A DNA stretch of 64,000 nt from an uncultured Candidatus Rokubacteria bacterium (GTDB lineage Bacteria > Methylomirabilota > Methylomirabilia > Rokubacteriales > CSP1-6). A program made the translations under genes and the position numbers. Shown one piece after another: positions 38,710 through 47,964 of the stretch. Position 1 is the stretch's first letter. Each line of letters begins with the position of its first letter. The notes under the pieces were generated by a model. The model had not been told where the DNA came from, made no database searches, and was given only the letters and a program-made list of their open reading frames with translations. The stretch is taken from the NCBI GenBank assembly GCA_963754315.1, contig CAVWFS010000008.1, forward strand, positions 512,001-576,000. Direction: 5' to 3'.

Positions 38710-39123
38710 ATGAGCGAGATCAAGGTCGTCAGACTCGAGGACACCGAGATCGTGAAATTCGGGCCCGACGCTTTCTACCAGCCGATTCTCGGCGACGACG
38801 AGGGCACGACTCCGATCCGCACCGGCATCCAGACCTCAGAGCCCGGGTACGTCGCGCCTGTCCACTCGCACCCCTATCTGGAAGTCCTGCATATCCTGGA
38901 GGGGACGGCCGAGGCTTGGGTGGACGGACAGGAAGCCGACAAGGTCACGTTGCGCAAAGGCGACACCATCGCGCTGCCCGCGAATGTCCCCCACAGCTTC
39001 CGGGTGGTCGGCGACGAGGTGCTCCGCCTCCTGGGAACGCACGTTTCGCCGACGCGGATCGTCAACTACAAGGACCAGGCCCTGAAGTCCGACGCGAGCG
39101 GCTACCGGCTCATCCGCGATTGA
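38710..39123 (+). CDS. Cupin domain protein
   Basis: HSHPYLEVLHILEG and PANVPH motifs; RBS ggaggt. Confidence 0.9.
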   Translation: MSEIKVVRLEDTEIVKFGPDAFYQPILGDDEGTTPIRTGIQTSEPGYVAPVHSHPYLEVLHILEGTAEAWVDGQEADKVTLRKGDTIALPANVPHSFRVVGDEVLRLLGTHVSPTRIVNYKDQALKSDASGYRLIRD

Positions 39124-39127
39124 GTCC

Positions 39128-39958
39128 CTAGCCGGGACGAGCCACGGCCACGCTGATCGGGTAAAGACAGTAGTAGTCAGGGCGGCCGAGGATGAAGCTC
39201 GGGGAATCCGCGTCGCAGAGAGCCGAGCGTCGCGCCCACTCCTCGCGAGTCAGCAGATCACGCAGACGCGTGCCCCAGTTGCGTTCGAAGACGACGTGCT
39301 GGATGTAGGCACGCGCGTCGGCAGAGAGCGGAGCCTGCCGCTGCAGCAGGTACGTCCGGAAACTCTCGACACGGAGTCCGGCCTCGCCCAGGGCGGCGGG
39401 GGTGTTCTGGCGCCGCTCCTCGAAGGAAAACTCACCGCCCTCGTGTCGGCTCCACTGCATCTCCGCCTGCCGGAGACGGCGCTCCAGCTCGGGATGACCG
39501 GGGAGGAAGAGACCGGCCAGGAGCTGCGACTCCTTCACGATGACCCGCCCTCCGGGTCGCACCACGCGGGCGAACTCCTTCAAGGCCTGGCGCGTGTCCT
39601 GGATGTGGTGAAGCGTGTCGCCGCACCACAGCCAATCGAAGGACGCATCGGGAGTGTCGATGGCAGTGCCGTCGCCCTGGCCAAACTCGAGACGCCCAGC
39701 ACCCAGCGCTTGGCCTACCAGTGCCCGCGCCGCGTCCGCCCTCTCGGCTGAAGGCTCGATCCCCTTGACTCGTCCCGAAGGGCCCACCGCCTCGGCCAGC
39801 CAGAGAGCATAAAGCCCGACTCCGCATCCGACGTCGAGACCGCGCGAGCCAACCGGCAGACCCAGATCGGCGATGATCGTGCGCGCCTCCGGCTCCTGGA
39901 AACGGTTCATGCGCTCGAGCGAGGCGGTAAAGGGCTCGCTGTCGGGGGCGCGCGTCAT
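39128..39958 (-). CDS. Class I SAM-dependent methyltransferase
   Basis: LDVGCGVG, SFDWLW, RVVRPGG; ATGA overlap with the upstream gene. Confidence 0.88.
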   Translation of the reverse strand: MTRAPDSEPFTASLERMNRFQEPEARTIIADLGLPVGSRGLDVGCGVGLYALWLAEAVGPSGRVKGIEPSAERADAARALVGQALGAGRLEFGQGDGTAIDTPDASFDWLWCGDTLHHIQDTRQALKEFARVVRPGGRVIVKESQLLAGLFLPGHPELERRLRQAEMQWSRHEGGEFSFEERRQNTPAALGEAGLRVESFRTYLLQRQAPLSADARAYIQHVVFERNWGTRLRDLLTREEWARRSALCDADSPSFILGRPDYYCLYPISVAVARPG

Positions 39959-41964
39959 CGACGGTCCGGGGCCGTCCAGTAGTCCCACTGTCGGGCGGCG
40001 ATGGTGACGGAGAGCTCGATGTCTTCCTCGAGCAGATAGCGCTGGGCGCAAAGCTCGCGGGCGGCGCTCCGGACGGCGGCCAGGTAGTCCTCACGGGACG
40101 GGTAGCGCTCGGCGATCGAGCGGCGCGGATCAGCCCTGTCTTCACGCTCGGCGCGAGTGCGCGGAAAGGGTAAGGTGGCGCCGGCAAAGACGAGCAGCTG
40201 TTCGCTCCCGCCGATCTCGGGGTGGCGGAGCGTCCAGCCCGTATGGGTGGCCAGGGGCACCTTCACCTCGGGCAGTGCGATGCCGGCGACCTCGTTGCCG
40301 TCGCTGTCGACGGCGGCGACGCGCGTGCCGTAGGGCGGGCCATCGCGCGGCGGTAGGGTCGACACCGATCGGCCGTCAGGATCGATCCCGAAGTCCAGGC
40401 GGCGGGGACGCGGATGATGACGGGGATAGCGGGCGCCGGGAATGGTGTCGAACACCTTGATGAGCTCGTCAGGATCGACCGCGGTGCCGTTCTCGACGCG
40501 CGGATGGGCGCTGGGCGGCGGCGCGAGACCCTGACTGACCCAGTGGTCCAGGTTGACGAGGCACGCCCGGAGGAGCCGGCCATACTCGAGCGTGCCGCGC
40601 AGGTTCTGTGACCACTCGAGGGGGCCGCCGGGATCGGCAGGCGCGCGCACCGTGTCGGACGGTGGCCACACTCCCAGCCCATGTTCCGTGCCCGCGAAGT
40701 GATAGACACGAGTGTGGGGCCCGGGGTTCACGTCGCGCCGACCGTCGGGACCGGTATGGATCAAGGAAGCGTCGCCGCGGTGATACTCCGCCGATGAGTT
40801 CGTATAGAAAACCTTGAGCTGACTGCCCCGGGTGTCGATCCGGCCATGGAGCGCACCGGTGGCGCCGGTTTTCTCGTCCGTCTGGAGGCCGTCGGTGAAC
40901 GGAAAGAGGTGGGCCATCATGTGCGGGCGGTCCTTCGAGTCCTGCCCGAACCGTTGATTGAACTCGCCCCGCATCCCGCCCGCGACGTTCGCGATGATCC
41001 CGTCCAGAACCTCGCGCCCTTCCTCGTCCAGGTTGAGGTCGTGATAGACGAGCGTGCGTAGAAGCCGGCCCGTCTGGGAGCGCCCGTACGCGTAGGCGTA
41101 CCGGATGGGACCGACCCCGGCAGGGACGTGGGCCGCGCCCTGCTTGAGCCAGGACGCGCAATCGCGGAGGCCGGCGAGTCCGAGGCCGAGCACGGGGGCG
41201 CCCTCGGCCGTGTAGATCACCTGGTAGAGCCGCCCTTTCTCGAAGCCACCGTCCAGATGCACATGACACGCGTCGGGCACCACCGTGCCGTTCACGACCC
41301 GGGCAAAGCACCAGCGGTCGCGCGGGATGAGGGTGGGTGGGCCATCGGGCTGATCGCGCACGGTCAGGGTGGCGTCAGGCTCGTCGAGATCGGCGGCCGG
41401 GTAGGCCTGATGGCCGCGATCGGACAGCAGCAGGTGGGCCACGGACGCCGCCGATTGCAATTGCGTGTAGACGCGTCCGCGGAGCGGTCGCCCTTGCCCG
41501 TCGAGCGCGTGGGGTCCATACATCCGAAACAGTCCGGGGACGTCGGGAAGATCCGGCTGCCAGCCGCACGACACGACCACGTAGCCGTGGCGCATCAGAA
41601 AGCCGTCGCCCACGTCAATGGCGGGATCGGGATCCGAGCCTGGCCCGAAAACGGGACGCGTCGCGTGGTTGAAGTTGGGGACGGTGACGGTGTTGCCGCG
41701 GTTGACGACATCGAGGATGAGCCGTCCGTTGCCTCGCCCGCGCTCCACCGGTAGCAGGATCGACACGTCCGCGGCGAAGTCGACTCGCCCCGCGGCATTG
41801 CCGAGCGCGAGGTCGAGATCCGTGATCCGAGCATTGGCGGGAGCACGAGGGTCAAGGCTGAAACGCAGCCGCCCCTTCAGCTCCTCGTAGGGTCCGACGT
41901 GGCCAAAGGAGGCACCCCCGGCCAGGGGGCGACGCAATCTGAGGTCGAAGGCAGTGACCGTCAT
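39955..41964 (-). CDS. Alpha/beta hydrolase domain-containing protein (large uncharacterised family)
   Basis: FGHVGPYE, DVVNRG, GWQPD, GRSQTG nucleophile elbow, DSDGNEVAGI, SIAERY. Confidence 0.82.
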   Translation of the reverse strand: MTVTAFDLRLRRPLAGGASFGHVGPYEELKGRLRFSLDPRAPANARITDLDLALGNAAGRVDFAADVSILLPVERGRGNGRLILDVVNRGNTVTVPNFNHATRPVFGPGSDPDPAIDVGDGFLMRHGYVVVSCGWQPDLPDVPGLFRMYGPHALDGQGRPLRGRVYTQLQSAASVAHLLLSDRGHQAYPAADLDEPDATLTVRDQPDGPPTLIPRDRWCFARVVNGTVVPDACHVHLDGGFEKGRLYQVIYTAEGAPVLGLGLAGLRDCASWLKQGAAHVPAGVGPIRYAYAYGRSQTGRLLRTLVYHDLNLDEEGREVLDGIIANVAGGMRGEFNQRFGQDSKDRPHMMAHLFPFTDGLQTDEKTGATGALHGRIDTRGSQLKVFYTNSSAEYHRGDASLIHTGPDGRRDVNPGPHTRVYHFAGTEHGLGVWPPSDTVRAPADPGGPLEWSQNLRGTLEYGRLLRACLVNLDHWVSQGLAPPPSAHPRVENGTAVDPDELIKVFDTIPGARYPRHHPRPRRLDFGIDPDGRSVSTLPPRDGPPYGTRVAAVDSDGNEVAGIALPEVKVPLATHTGWTLRHPEIGGSEQLLVFAGATLPFPRTRAEREDRADPRRSIAERYPSREDYLAAVRSAARELCAQRYLLEEDIELSVTIAARQWDYWTAPDRR

Positions 41965-42125
41965 AGCGCAGAACGCTAGCGGGAACGCGTCCGGGAATCA
42001 AGGGACGGCGCAGCAGCGGATCGGCGACACGAGGGACGCCAACTTGCCACCGCCGCCACCTCCTCCTATCATCGGGACTTGGCCCGCAGTGGGCAGGTCA
42101 TACCTATCCCCAGCGAGGAGTTGCT

Positions 42126-42950
42126 ATGACGCAGCTGGCAGAAAGGGTCGCTCTCGTCACCGGTTCCGGGCGCGGGATCGGTCGAGAGGTCGCATTGAGG
42201 CTTGCCCGGGACGGAGCCAAGGTCGTGGTCAACGATCTGGACGAGGCGCCCGCCGCCGAGACCATCAAGATGATCGAGGCGTTGGGCGGCAAGGCCGTGG
42301 CGTGCCTTGGCGACGTGACGGCCAAGGATTTCGGGGAGCGCATCGTGGACACCGCCCTCACGCAGCTGGGCGGGCTGCACATCATCGTCAACAACGCGGG
42401 GTATACGTGGGACAACGTCATCCAGAAGATGACGGACGAACAGTGGTACGCCATCCTCGACGTCCACGTCACCGCGCCCTTCCGCATTCTGCGCGCCTTT
42501 GCGCCCCATTTGCGAGCGGCTCATGAGGAGGAGACGAAGCAGGGCGTGCGGGTGGTCCGCAAGGTCGTCAACATCTCCTCCACGTCCGGGGTCAATGGCA
42601 ACGCGGGCCAGGTCAACTACTCGTCGGCCAAGGCCGCCGTCATGGGCATGACGAAGACGATGGCCAAGGAATGGGGCCGCTACCACGTCACCGTCAACTG
42701 CGTGGCCTTCGGCTACATCCAGACGCGGCTCACGCAACCTCTGGCCGAGGGCGAAGCCGGCAGCATCGAGGTGCAGGGGCGTCAAGTCAGAGTCGGCGTG
42801 CAGGGAGCGCGCATCGCGGCCATGAACCAGATGATCCCGCTCGGTCGAGGCGGCACACCGGCGGAGGCGGCTGGTGCCATTTATCTCTTCTGCAGCCCCG
42901 ACAGCGACTACGTGAGTGGGCAGACCCTCGTGGTAACGGGTGGTCTCTGA
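42126..42950 (+). CDS. SDR family oxidoreductase (FabG-like)
   Basis: TGSGRGIG, NNAG, YSSAK. Confidence 0.93.
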   Translation: MTQLAERVALVTGSGRGIGREVALRLARDGAKVVVNDLDEAPAAETIKMIEALGGKAVACLGDVTAKDFGERIVDTALTQLGGLHIIVNNAGYTWDNVIQKMTDEQWYAILDVHVTAPFRILRAFAPHLRAAHEEETKQGVRVVRKVVNISSTSGVNGNAGQVNYSSAKAAVMGMTKTMAKEWGRYHVTVNCVAFGYIQTRLTQPLAEGEAGSIEVQGRQVRVGVQGARIAAMNQMIPLGRGGTPAEAAGAIYLFCSPDSDYVSGQTLVVTGGL

Positions 42951-44029
42951 TGCTCTCGCGCACCGGCGACCTCCGCATCGAGAGCTTCCGCCCCCTCATC
43001 CCACCAGCGATCCTCGTCGAGGAATTGCCCCTCGGCGAGCAAGGATCGGCCACCGTGGTCCGGGCCCGCGAAGAGGTGTCCCGCATCCTGAACGGGCAGG
43101 ACGACCGGCTGGTCGTGATCGTCGGGCCCTGCTCCATCCACGACCCAGCGGCGGCCATGGATTACGCGCGGCACCTCAAGGCAAAGGGCGATGACCTGCG
43201 GGACGAGCTCTGCATCGTCATGCGGGTGTACTTCGAGAAGCCGCGCACCACGGTGGGCTGGAAGGGTCTCATCAACGACCCTCATCTGGATGGAAGCTTC
43301 GTCATCAATACGGGATTGCGTCGGGCGCGCCGTCTGCTTGTCGATCTGGCCGAGATCGGCATGCCCGCGGGCTGCGAGTTCCTCGATCCGATCTCGCCGC
43401 AGTTCACGGCGGACCTCGTATCCTGGGGCGCCATCGGGGCCCGCACGACGGAGAGCCAGGTCCACCGTGAGCTGGCCTCCGGCCTTTCCATGCCCATCGG
43501 GTTCAAGAACGGCACCGACGGGGGAGTACAGATCGCCATCGACGCCGTTCGCTCCAGCGCCCACCCTCACAATTTCCTGGGCGTGACCGAACAGGGCTTA
43601 TGCGCCATCGTCGCCACCCGCGGCAATCCCGACTGCCACGTGATCCTCCGCGGGGGGGCGACGGGCCCCAATCACGACGCGGTGAACGTCCAGAAGACCG
43701 CCGACGCCCTGCGGGCGGCCGGCCTGCCTGCTCGGATCATGATCGATACGAGCCACGGCAACAGCAGCAAGGATCATCGCAGGCAACCGCTGGTGGCGCA
43801 CGATATCGCCGAGCAGGTGAGCCTCGGGGAGGCGGCCATCTTCGGGGTCATGATCGAGAGCTTCTTGATCGACGGGCGTCAGGACCTTGTCGACCCCCGC
43901 ACCCTGCGTTACGGGCAGAGCATCACCGACGCGTGCATCGGCTGGGAAGCCACCGGGCCGGTGCTCGGCGAACTCGCGGCCGCCGTGCGGGCGCGCCGGC
44001 GAACGCGAGGAGCGCAAAGCCGCTCCTGA
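42950..44029 (+). CDS. DAHP synthase class I-alpha (AroF/G/H type)
   Basis: GPCSIHD, RVYFEKPRTTVGWKGLINDP, GARTTESQVHRE, GQSITDAC. Confidence 0.96.
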   Translation: MLSRTGDLRIESFRPLIPPAILVEELPLGEQGSATVVRAREEVSRILNGQDDRLVVIVGPCSIHDPAAAMDYARHLKAKGDDLRDELCIVMRVYFEKPRTTVGWKGLINDPHLDGSFVINTGLRRARRLLVDLAEIGMPAGCEFLDPISPQFTADLVSWGAIGARTTESQVHRELASGLSMPIGFKNGTDGGVQIAIDAVRSSAHPHNFLGVTEQGLCAIVATRGNPDCHVILRGGATGPNHDAVNVQKTADALRAAGLPARIMIDTSHGNSSKDHRRQPLVAHDIAEQVSLGEAAIFGVMIESFLIDGRQDLVDPRTLRYGQSITDACIGWEATGPVLGELAAAVRARRRTRGAQSRS

Positions 44030-44057
44030 CGGTTCGTTGATGGGCTGAGGCGATTGC

Positions 44058-44465
44058 TCAAGAGGGCTTCTTCGCCTCACGCTGAGCGACGGGGAAACCG
44101 GCGTTCTTCCAGGCCGTGAAACCGCCATCCATCTCGCAGACGGGCGCCAGCCCCATCTGCTGGGCCACGTCGGTGGCCAGGGCCGACCGCCAGGCCGCGT
44201 TGCAATAGAAGACGAACTCCTTGCCGGAGGCGAAGATGGCTTTGTGATATGGGCTGTCGGGGTCGACCCAGAACTCCAGCATGCCGCGGGGACAGTGAAA
44301 GGCGCCGGGGATCAACCCCTCGCGCTCCAGCTCGCGGACATCGCGCAGATCGACGAAGACGACGTTGTCCTCGCCCAAGCGCGCTCGGGCCTCCTCGAGC
44401 CCGATGGTTTTGATCCGGGACTTTGCCTCATCGACCATCTGGCGAAAGCCTTTTCGCGGTGCCAT
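44058..44465 (-). CDS. Single-domain rhodanese protein
   Basis: VDLRDVRE, PRGMLEFW, YCNAAWRS, GGFTAW; RBS aggaga. Confidence 0.9.
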   Translation of the reverse strand: MAPRKGFRQMVDEAKSRIKTIGLEEARARLGEDNVVFVDLRDVRELEREGLIPGAFHCPRGMLEFWVDPDSPYHKAIFASGKEFVFYCNAAWRSALATDVAQQMGLAPVCEMDGGFTAWKNAGFPVAQREAKKPS

Positions 44466-44478
44466 GCTGATTTCTCCT

Positions 44479-44967
44479 CTAGAGCGGAATGGCCAGAAGC
44501 GTATCGATCCGGCTACTGTCACACACCACGACGCGCTCGCGGAAGCGGAGCGTGCCCTCTTCCTCCACGAGGAGGTCGAGGTAGCGGCCCGTGGCGAACA
44601 GATCCATCGTTCCGTCGCGCATGATGCGCACCACCAGGAACGGGGTCTCTGCCCGCACCGTTCCGTCGACCTCGCCCAGGATGGCCGGCATGCCGACCAG
44701 GTGGCGATACGTCTGGCGTTCGTAGATATTGGCCTCGCGCAAGGCGGCCACCCGATCGCGCAGCATGCCCGGCGAGTCCGCGTAGACGAGGCCGACGGCA
44801 AACCCCTTCCGATAGTTGTCGGCCGAGGTGATCTTGTAGAGGCACTCGTCGGCGAAGAAGCCGGGCCAGTCCTCCAGGCGATCGTCGTCGAGGGCGCGTG
44901 CGTACTCGGCGTTCAACTGCCACAGGAGCGGTAACACGCTGGTGGCCGAGGCCTCGAAGGCGGCCAT
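44479..44967 (-). CDS. Aromatic ring-hydroxylating oxygenase beta subunit
   Basis: LDDDRLEDWP, MLRDRV, YRHLV, TGRYLD, DTLLAIPL. Confidence 0.92.
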   Translation of the reverse strand: MAAFEASATSVLPLLWQLNAEYARALDDDRLEDWPGFFADECLYKITSADNYRKGFAVGLVYADSPGMLRDRVAALREANIYERQTYRHLVGMPAILGEVDGTVRAETPFLVVRIMRDGTMDLFATGRYLDLLVEEEGTLRFRERVVVCDSSRIDTLLAIPL

Positions 44968-44968
44968 C

Positions 44969-46207
44969 TCAGTACCCCATGTAGCGACGATAGGCCTTCC
45001 AGAAACCACGCACCGAGGCCTCGGTGGCGCGCGTCGCTTGCGATTCGGCGCCTTCGCCACCCATGTTGACCACCGAGAGCGCGCTCTCGGCCGCCACCGC
45101 CCCGCGCTCGACGAAGCCACCGACGCAGCCGTCCTCCATGGACACGTAGCCAGCCGGCCCGACCAGGTTCGCCTGCTTGAGCCGCCGGCGCCGCATCTCG
45201 GGCGTGTCGTCGACGAACCCGAGGTAGGTCCAGTGCAGATCCATGCCGTGCAGACCCAGCGGCACAATCTGCCGCACGGCCAGGCAGTTATGGATCTGCT
45301 GGAGGACGAAGTTCGGAAACACCGACAGAATCTGCAGCTTGACCCCGTCGCCGAACTCGTCAACGCTGTCCAGCAGGCTCGGATCATGAAGACGATAGCC
45401 CTGGTGTTCCGAGCGGATCCCTTGCTCCCGGTAGGCGGTGCTCGTGCTGTCCTCGGGGCGGTCGATGGTGTAGCTGGCATGATGCCCGCCGTCTGCGCTC
45501 ACGACCACGCCGCCGCCCTGGGTGAGGCGCGTGATGCGGAACGTTCCGAAGAACGCGTGGAGCAAGCTGGCGTGGTACGTGTCCTTCACGTTCTCCAGGT
45601 AGAGCTTCCAGTTGTTCGGCAGCCGCTGGGTGAAGCGGCCGAGCACCTGCACGGGCTTGCGCAGCACCCGCTCCAGACGCGCCCGCACCTCGTCGCCGAG
45701 ATACTCCTTGATGGGCGGCGTCTCGGCCGCCAGACTCGCGAAGACGAGGCCGCCGAGCACCGCCGTGAAGAGCTTGCGCGGTCCATGGTCGGCCTTGCAG
45801 AAGGACGCAGGCATGCCGCCCTGGCCGTGGGCGCCCCGCTCGAAGGCCACGCTCAGCAGATTCCCGCGCAGATCGTAGTTCCAGGCGTGATAGACGCACT
45901 GGAAACGCTTGGTGTGCCCGGCGTCGTCCAGCGCGAGGAGTGCCCCACGGTGCGCGCAGCGGTTCTCGAACGCGTGGATCTCGCCCCCCTCGCCACGCAC
46001 CACGATGACCGGCATCTCGCCGACGAAAGCCGTGCGATAGTCGCCCGGCTCGACGAGGTCGGATTCCAGGCAGACGTAGTTCCACAGGGGGCCCTCGAAG
46101 ATGCGCCGCAGCTCGGCGCGATAGTTGGCCTCGTCCTGATAGACCCAGTACGGCACGCGGGTGAGGCCCTCCGCGGGCCAGACACGGTGCAGTTCGGAGG
46201 TGGTCAT
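44969..46207 (-). CDS. Rieske oxygenase alpha subunit (salicylate hydroxylase/anthranilate dioxygenase-like clade)
   Basis: CAHRG...CVYHAW Rieske site, [24 protein letters not shown]. Confidence 0.92.
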   Translation of the reverse strand: MTTSELHRVWPAEGLTRVPYWVYQDEANYRAELRRIFEGPLWNYVCLESDLVEPGDYRTAFVGEMPVIVVRGEGGEIHAFENRCAHRGALLALDDAGHTKRFQCVYHAWNYDLRGNLLSVAFERGAHGQGGMPASFCKADHGPRKLFTAVLGGLVFASLAAETPPIKEYLGDEVRARLERVLRKPVQVLGRFTQRLPNNWKLYLENVKDTYHASLLHAFFGTFRITRLTQGGGVVVSADGGHHASYTIDRPEDSTSTAYREQGIRSEHQGYRLHDPSLLDSVDEFGDGVKLQILSVFPNFVLQQIHNCLAVRQIVPLGLHGMDLHWTYLGFVDDTPEMRRRRLKQANLVGPAGYVSMEDGCVGGFVERGAVAAESALSVVNMGGEGAESQATRATEASVRGFWKAYRRYMGY

Positions 46208-46243
46208 GCGAACTCCTTCCTGCGCGCTTCCATCACGCTCGCG

Positions 46244-47017
46244 CTATTCCGCGGCCAGCCGCGGCAGGATCTCGGCGATCGATCCGCGCAGCACGACATC
46301 GGCCAAGCCGTCCATGGCCGTTGGCTCGGCGTTGACGATGACCACACGTGCTCCCGCCTCCTGGGCAAGAGGGACGACGCCGGCGATCGGATACACGGAC
46401 AGGGTCGAGCCCACGGCCAGCATGAAATCGGCGCGCCGAGCTGCCGTCTGGGCCCGTATGAGATCATCGGCCACCAACCCCTGACCGAAGGAGATGGTGG
46501 CGGCCTTGAGGATGCCCCCGCAGGACCGACAGGGGGGATCGGCCTCGCCCGCTTGCACCCGGGCCAGAGCGCGTTCCATGGGTGCGCGTTCACCGCAAGC
46601 CATACACACGACCTCTCGGGTATGCCCGTGGATCTCGATCACCCGCGCCGGTGAGGAACCGGCCTTGATGTGCAGGCCATCGACGTTCTGCGTGATGAGG
46701 GTGTCGAGCTTCCCACGCTGCTCGAGGGTGACCAGGGCCTGGTGGCCGGCGTTTGGCTTGGCCGTGAGGTAAGGTGACTCGAGCCGGCTGCGCCATGCGC
46801 GCTTCCTGACGTCGGGCTCGGCCATATAGTTCTGGATGGTGGCCATCTTTTCTGCCTCGGGATTCTTGGTCCAGACCCCCTGAGGGCCTCGGAAGTCGGG
46901 AATTCCCGAATCGGTCGAGATTCCGGCGCCGGTGAGGGCGACCAGACAGCGCGCGTGGTCGATCCATGCCCGGACGGTCTTGATTGAACTCTCGAGGGAC
47001 GAGGAGTCGGCGACCAT
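46244..47017 (-). CDS. cobB: NAD-dependent protein deacylase (sirtuin)
   Basis: GAGISTDSGIPDFRG, TQNVDGLH, HG, two CxxC. Confidence 0.9.
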   Translation of the reverse strand: MVADSSSLESSIKTVRAWIDHARCLVALTGAGISTDSGIPDFRGPQGVWTKNPEAEKMATIQNYMAEPDVRKRAWRSRLESPYLTAKPNAGHQALVTLEQRGKLDTLITQNVDGLHIKAGSSPARVIEIHGHTREVVCMACGERAPMERALARVQAGEADPPCRSCGGILKAATISFGQGLVADDLIRAQTAARRADFMLAVGSTLSVYPIAGVVPLAQEAGARVVIVNAEPTAMDGLADVVLRGSIAEILPRLAAE

Positions 47018-47076
47018 GCCGCGATTCTGCCATATCCCGACCTTTGCTACACTGCTCGTGCAGACATGAGGCTAAG

Positions 47077-47955
47077 GTGACCGACTGGCCCCGACCGCTC
47101 ATCGAGACGTCCGATCTGGCGAACCGTCTTGCCGATCCTCGGTTGCGTCTGCTCGAGTGCACCACGGTCCTCACGCCGCTGCCCGACAACAGCGGTTACC
47201 GCGCCGAGAGTGGGCGGGCTCTGTATGACGCCGGGCACCTGCCGGGCGCCGCCTTCGTGGACCTCCTCTCGGAACTGTCGGACACCACGAGCCCGCTGCG
47301 CTTCACGATGCCGACCGCGGATCGGCTGGCAGCGGCTCTGGGGCGCGCCGGGGTGGGCCCCGGGACGTTCGTGGTCGCCTACTGCCGATCCCACAACACG
47401 ATGGCGGCACGGCTGTGGTGGATGTTACGCGCGATCGGCTTCGACGACGCGGCGGTGCTGAACGGTGGCTGGAAAAAATGGACGTCCGAGGGCCGTTCCG
47501 TGAGCACGGTCGCCACCGCCTATGCGCCCACCACGCTCGCCGCACATCCGCGGCCAGGTCTGTTCGTCGGCAAGGACGCCGTCCTGGCCGCGATCGATGA
47601 TGGGCGAGCGCTCCTCGTCAATGCTCTCAGCCGGGAACAGCACGAGGGACGCGGGGGCATCCACTATGGTCGCCCCGGGCGCATCGCGGGCAGTCGGTGC
47701 GTCCCTGCGCGCGAGCTGACCGATCCGGTCACGCAGGCGTATCTGCCGCAGGCGCGGCTGCGTGAGATGTTTGTCGACGCGGGCGCGCTCGGCGGAGAGA
47801 AGGGGCTACGCCGCGTCATCACCTACTGCGGTGGCGGGATCGCCGCCAGCAGCGACGCATTGATCCTCACCCTGCTTGGCGCCACCGACGTCGCCGTGTA
47901 CGACAACTCACTCTCGGAGTGGGCCCGTGACCCGAGCCTGCCCATGGAGCCATAG
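47077..47955 (+). CDS. Two-domain sulfurtransferase (SseA/MST-like)
   Basis: GHLPGA, ARLWWML, LNGG, YCGGGIAA, YDNSLSEW. Confidence 0.92.
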   Translation: MTDWPRPLIETSDLANRLADPRLRLLECTTVLTPLPDNSGYRAESGRALYDAGHLPGAAFVDLLSELSDTTSPLRFTMPTADRLAAALGRAGVGPGTFVVAYCRSHNTMAARLWWMLRAIGFDDAAVLNGGWKKWTSEGRSVSTVATAYAPTTLAAHPRPGLFVGKDAVLAAIDDGRALLVNALSREQHEGRGGIHYGRPGRIAGSRCVPARELTDPVTQAYLPQARLREMFVDAGALGGEKGLRRVITYCGGGIAASSDALILTLLGATDVAVYDNSLSEWARDPSLPMEP

Positions 47956-47964
47956 GGAGACACC

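Noticed and set aside
41954..42526. ORF with a poly-proline run
   Set aside because: Arises from a ccg/cct-rich intergenic stretch and overlaps the SDR gene out of frame.
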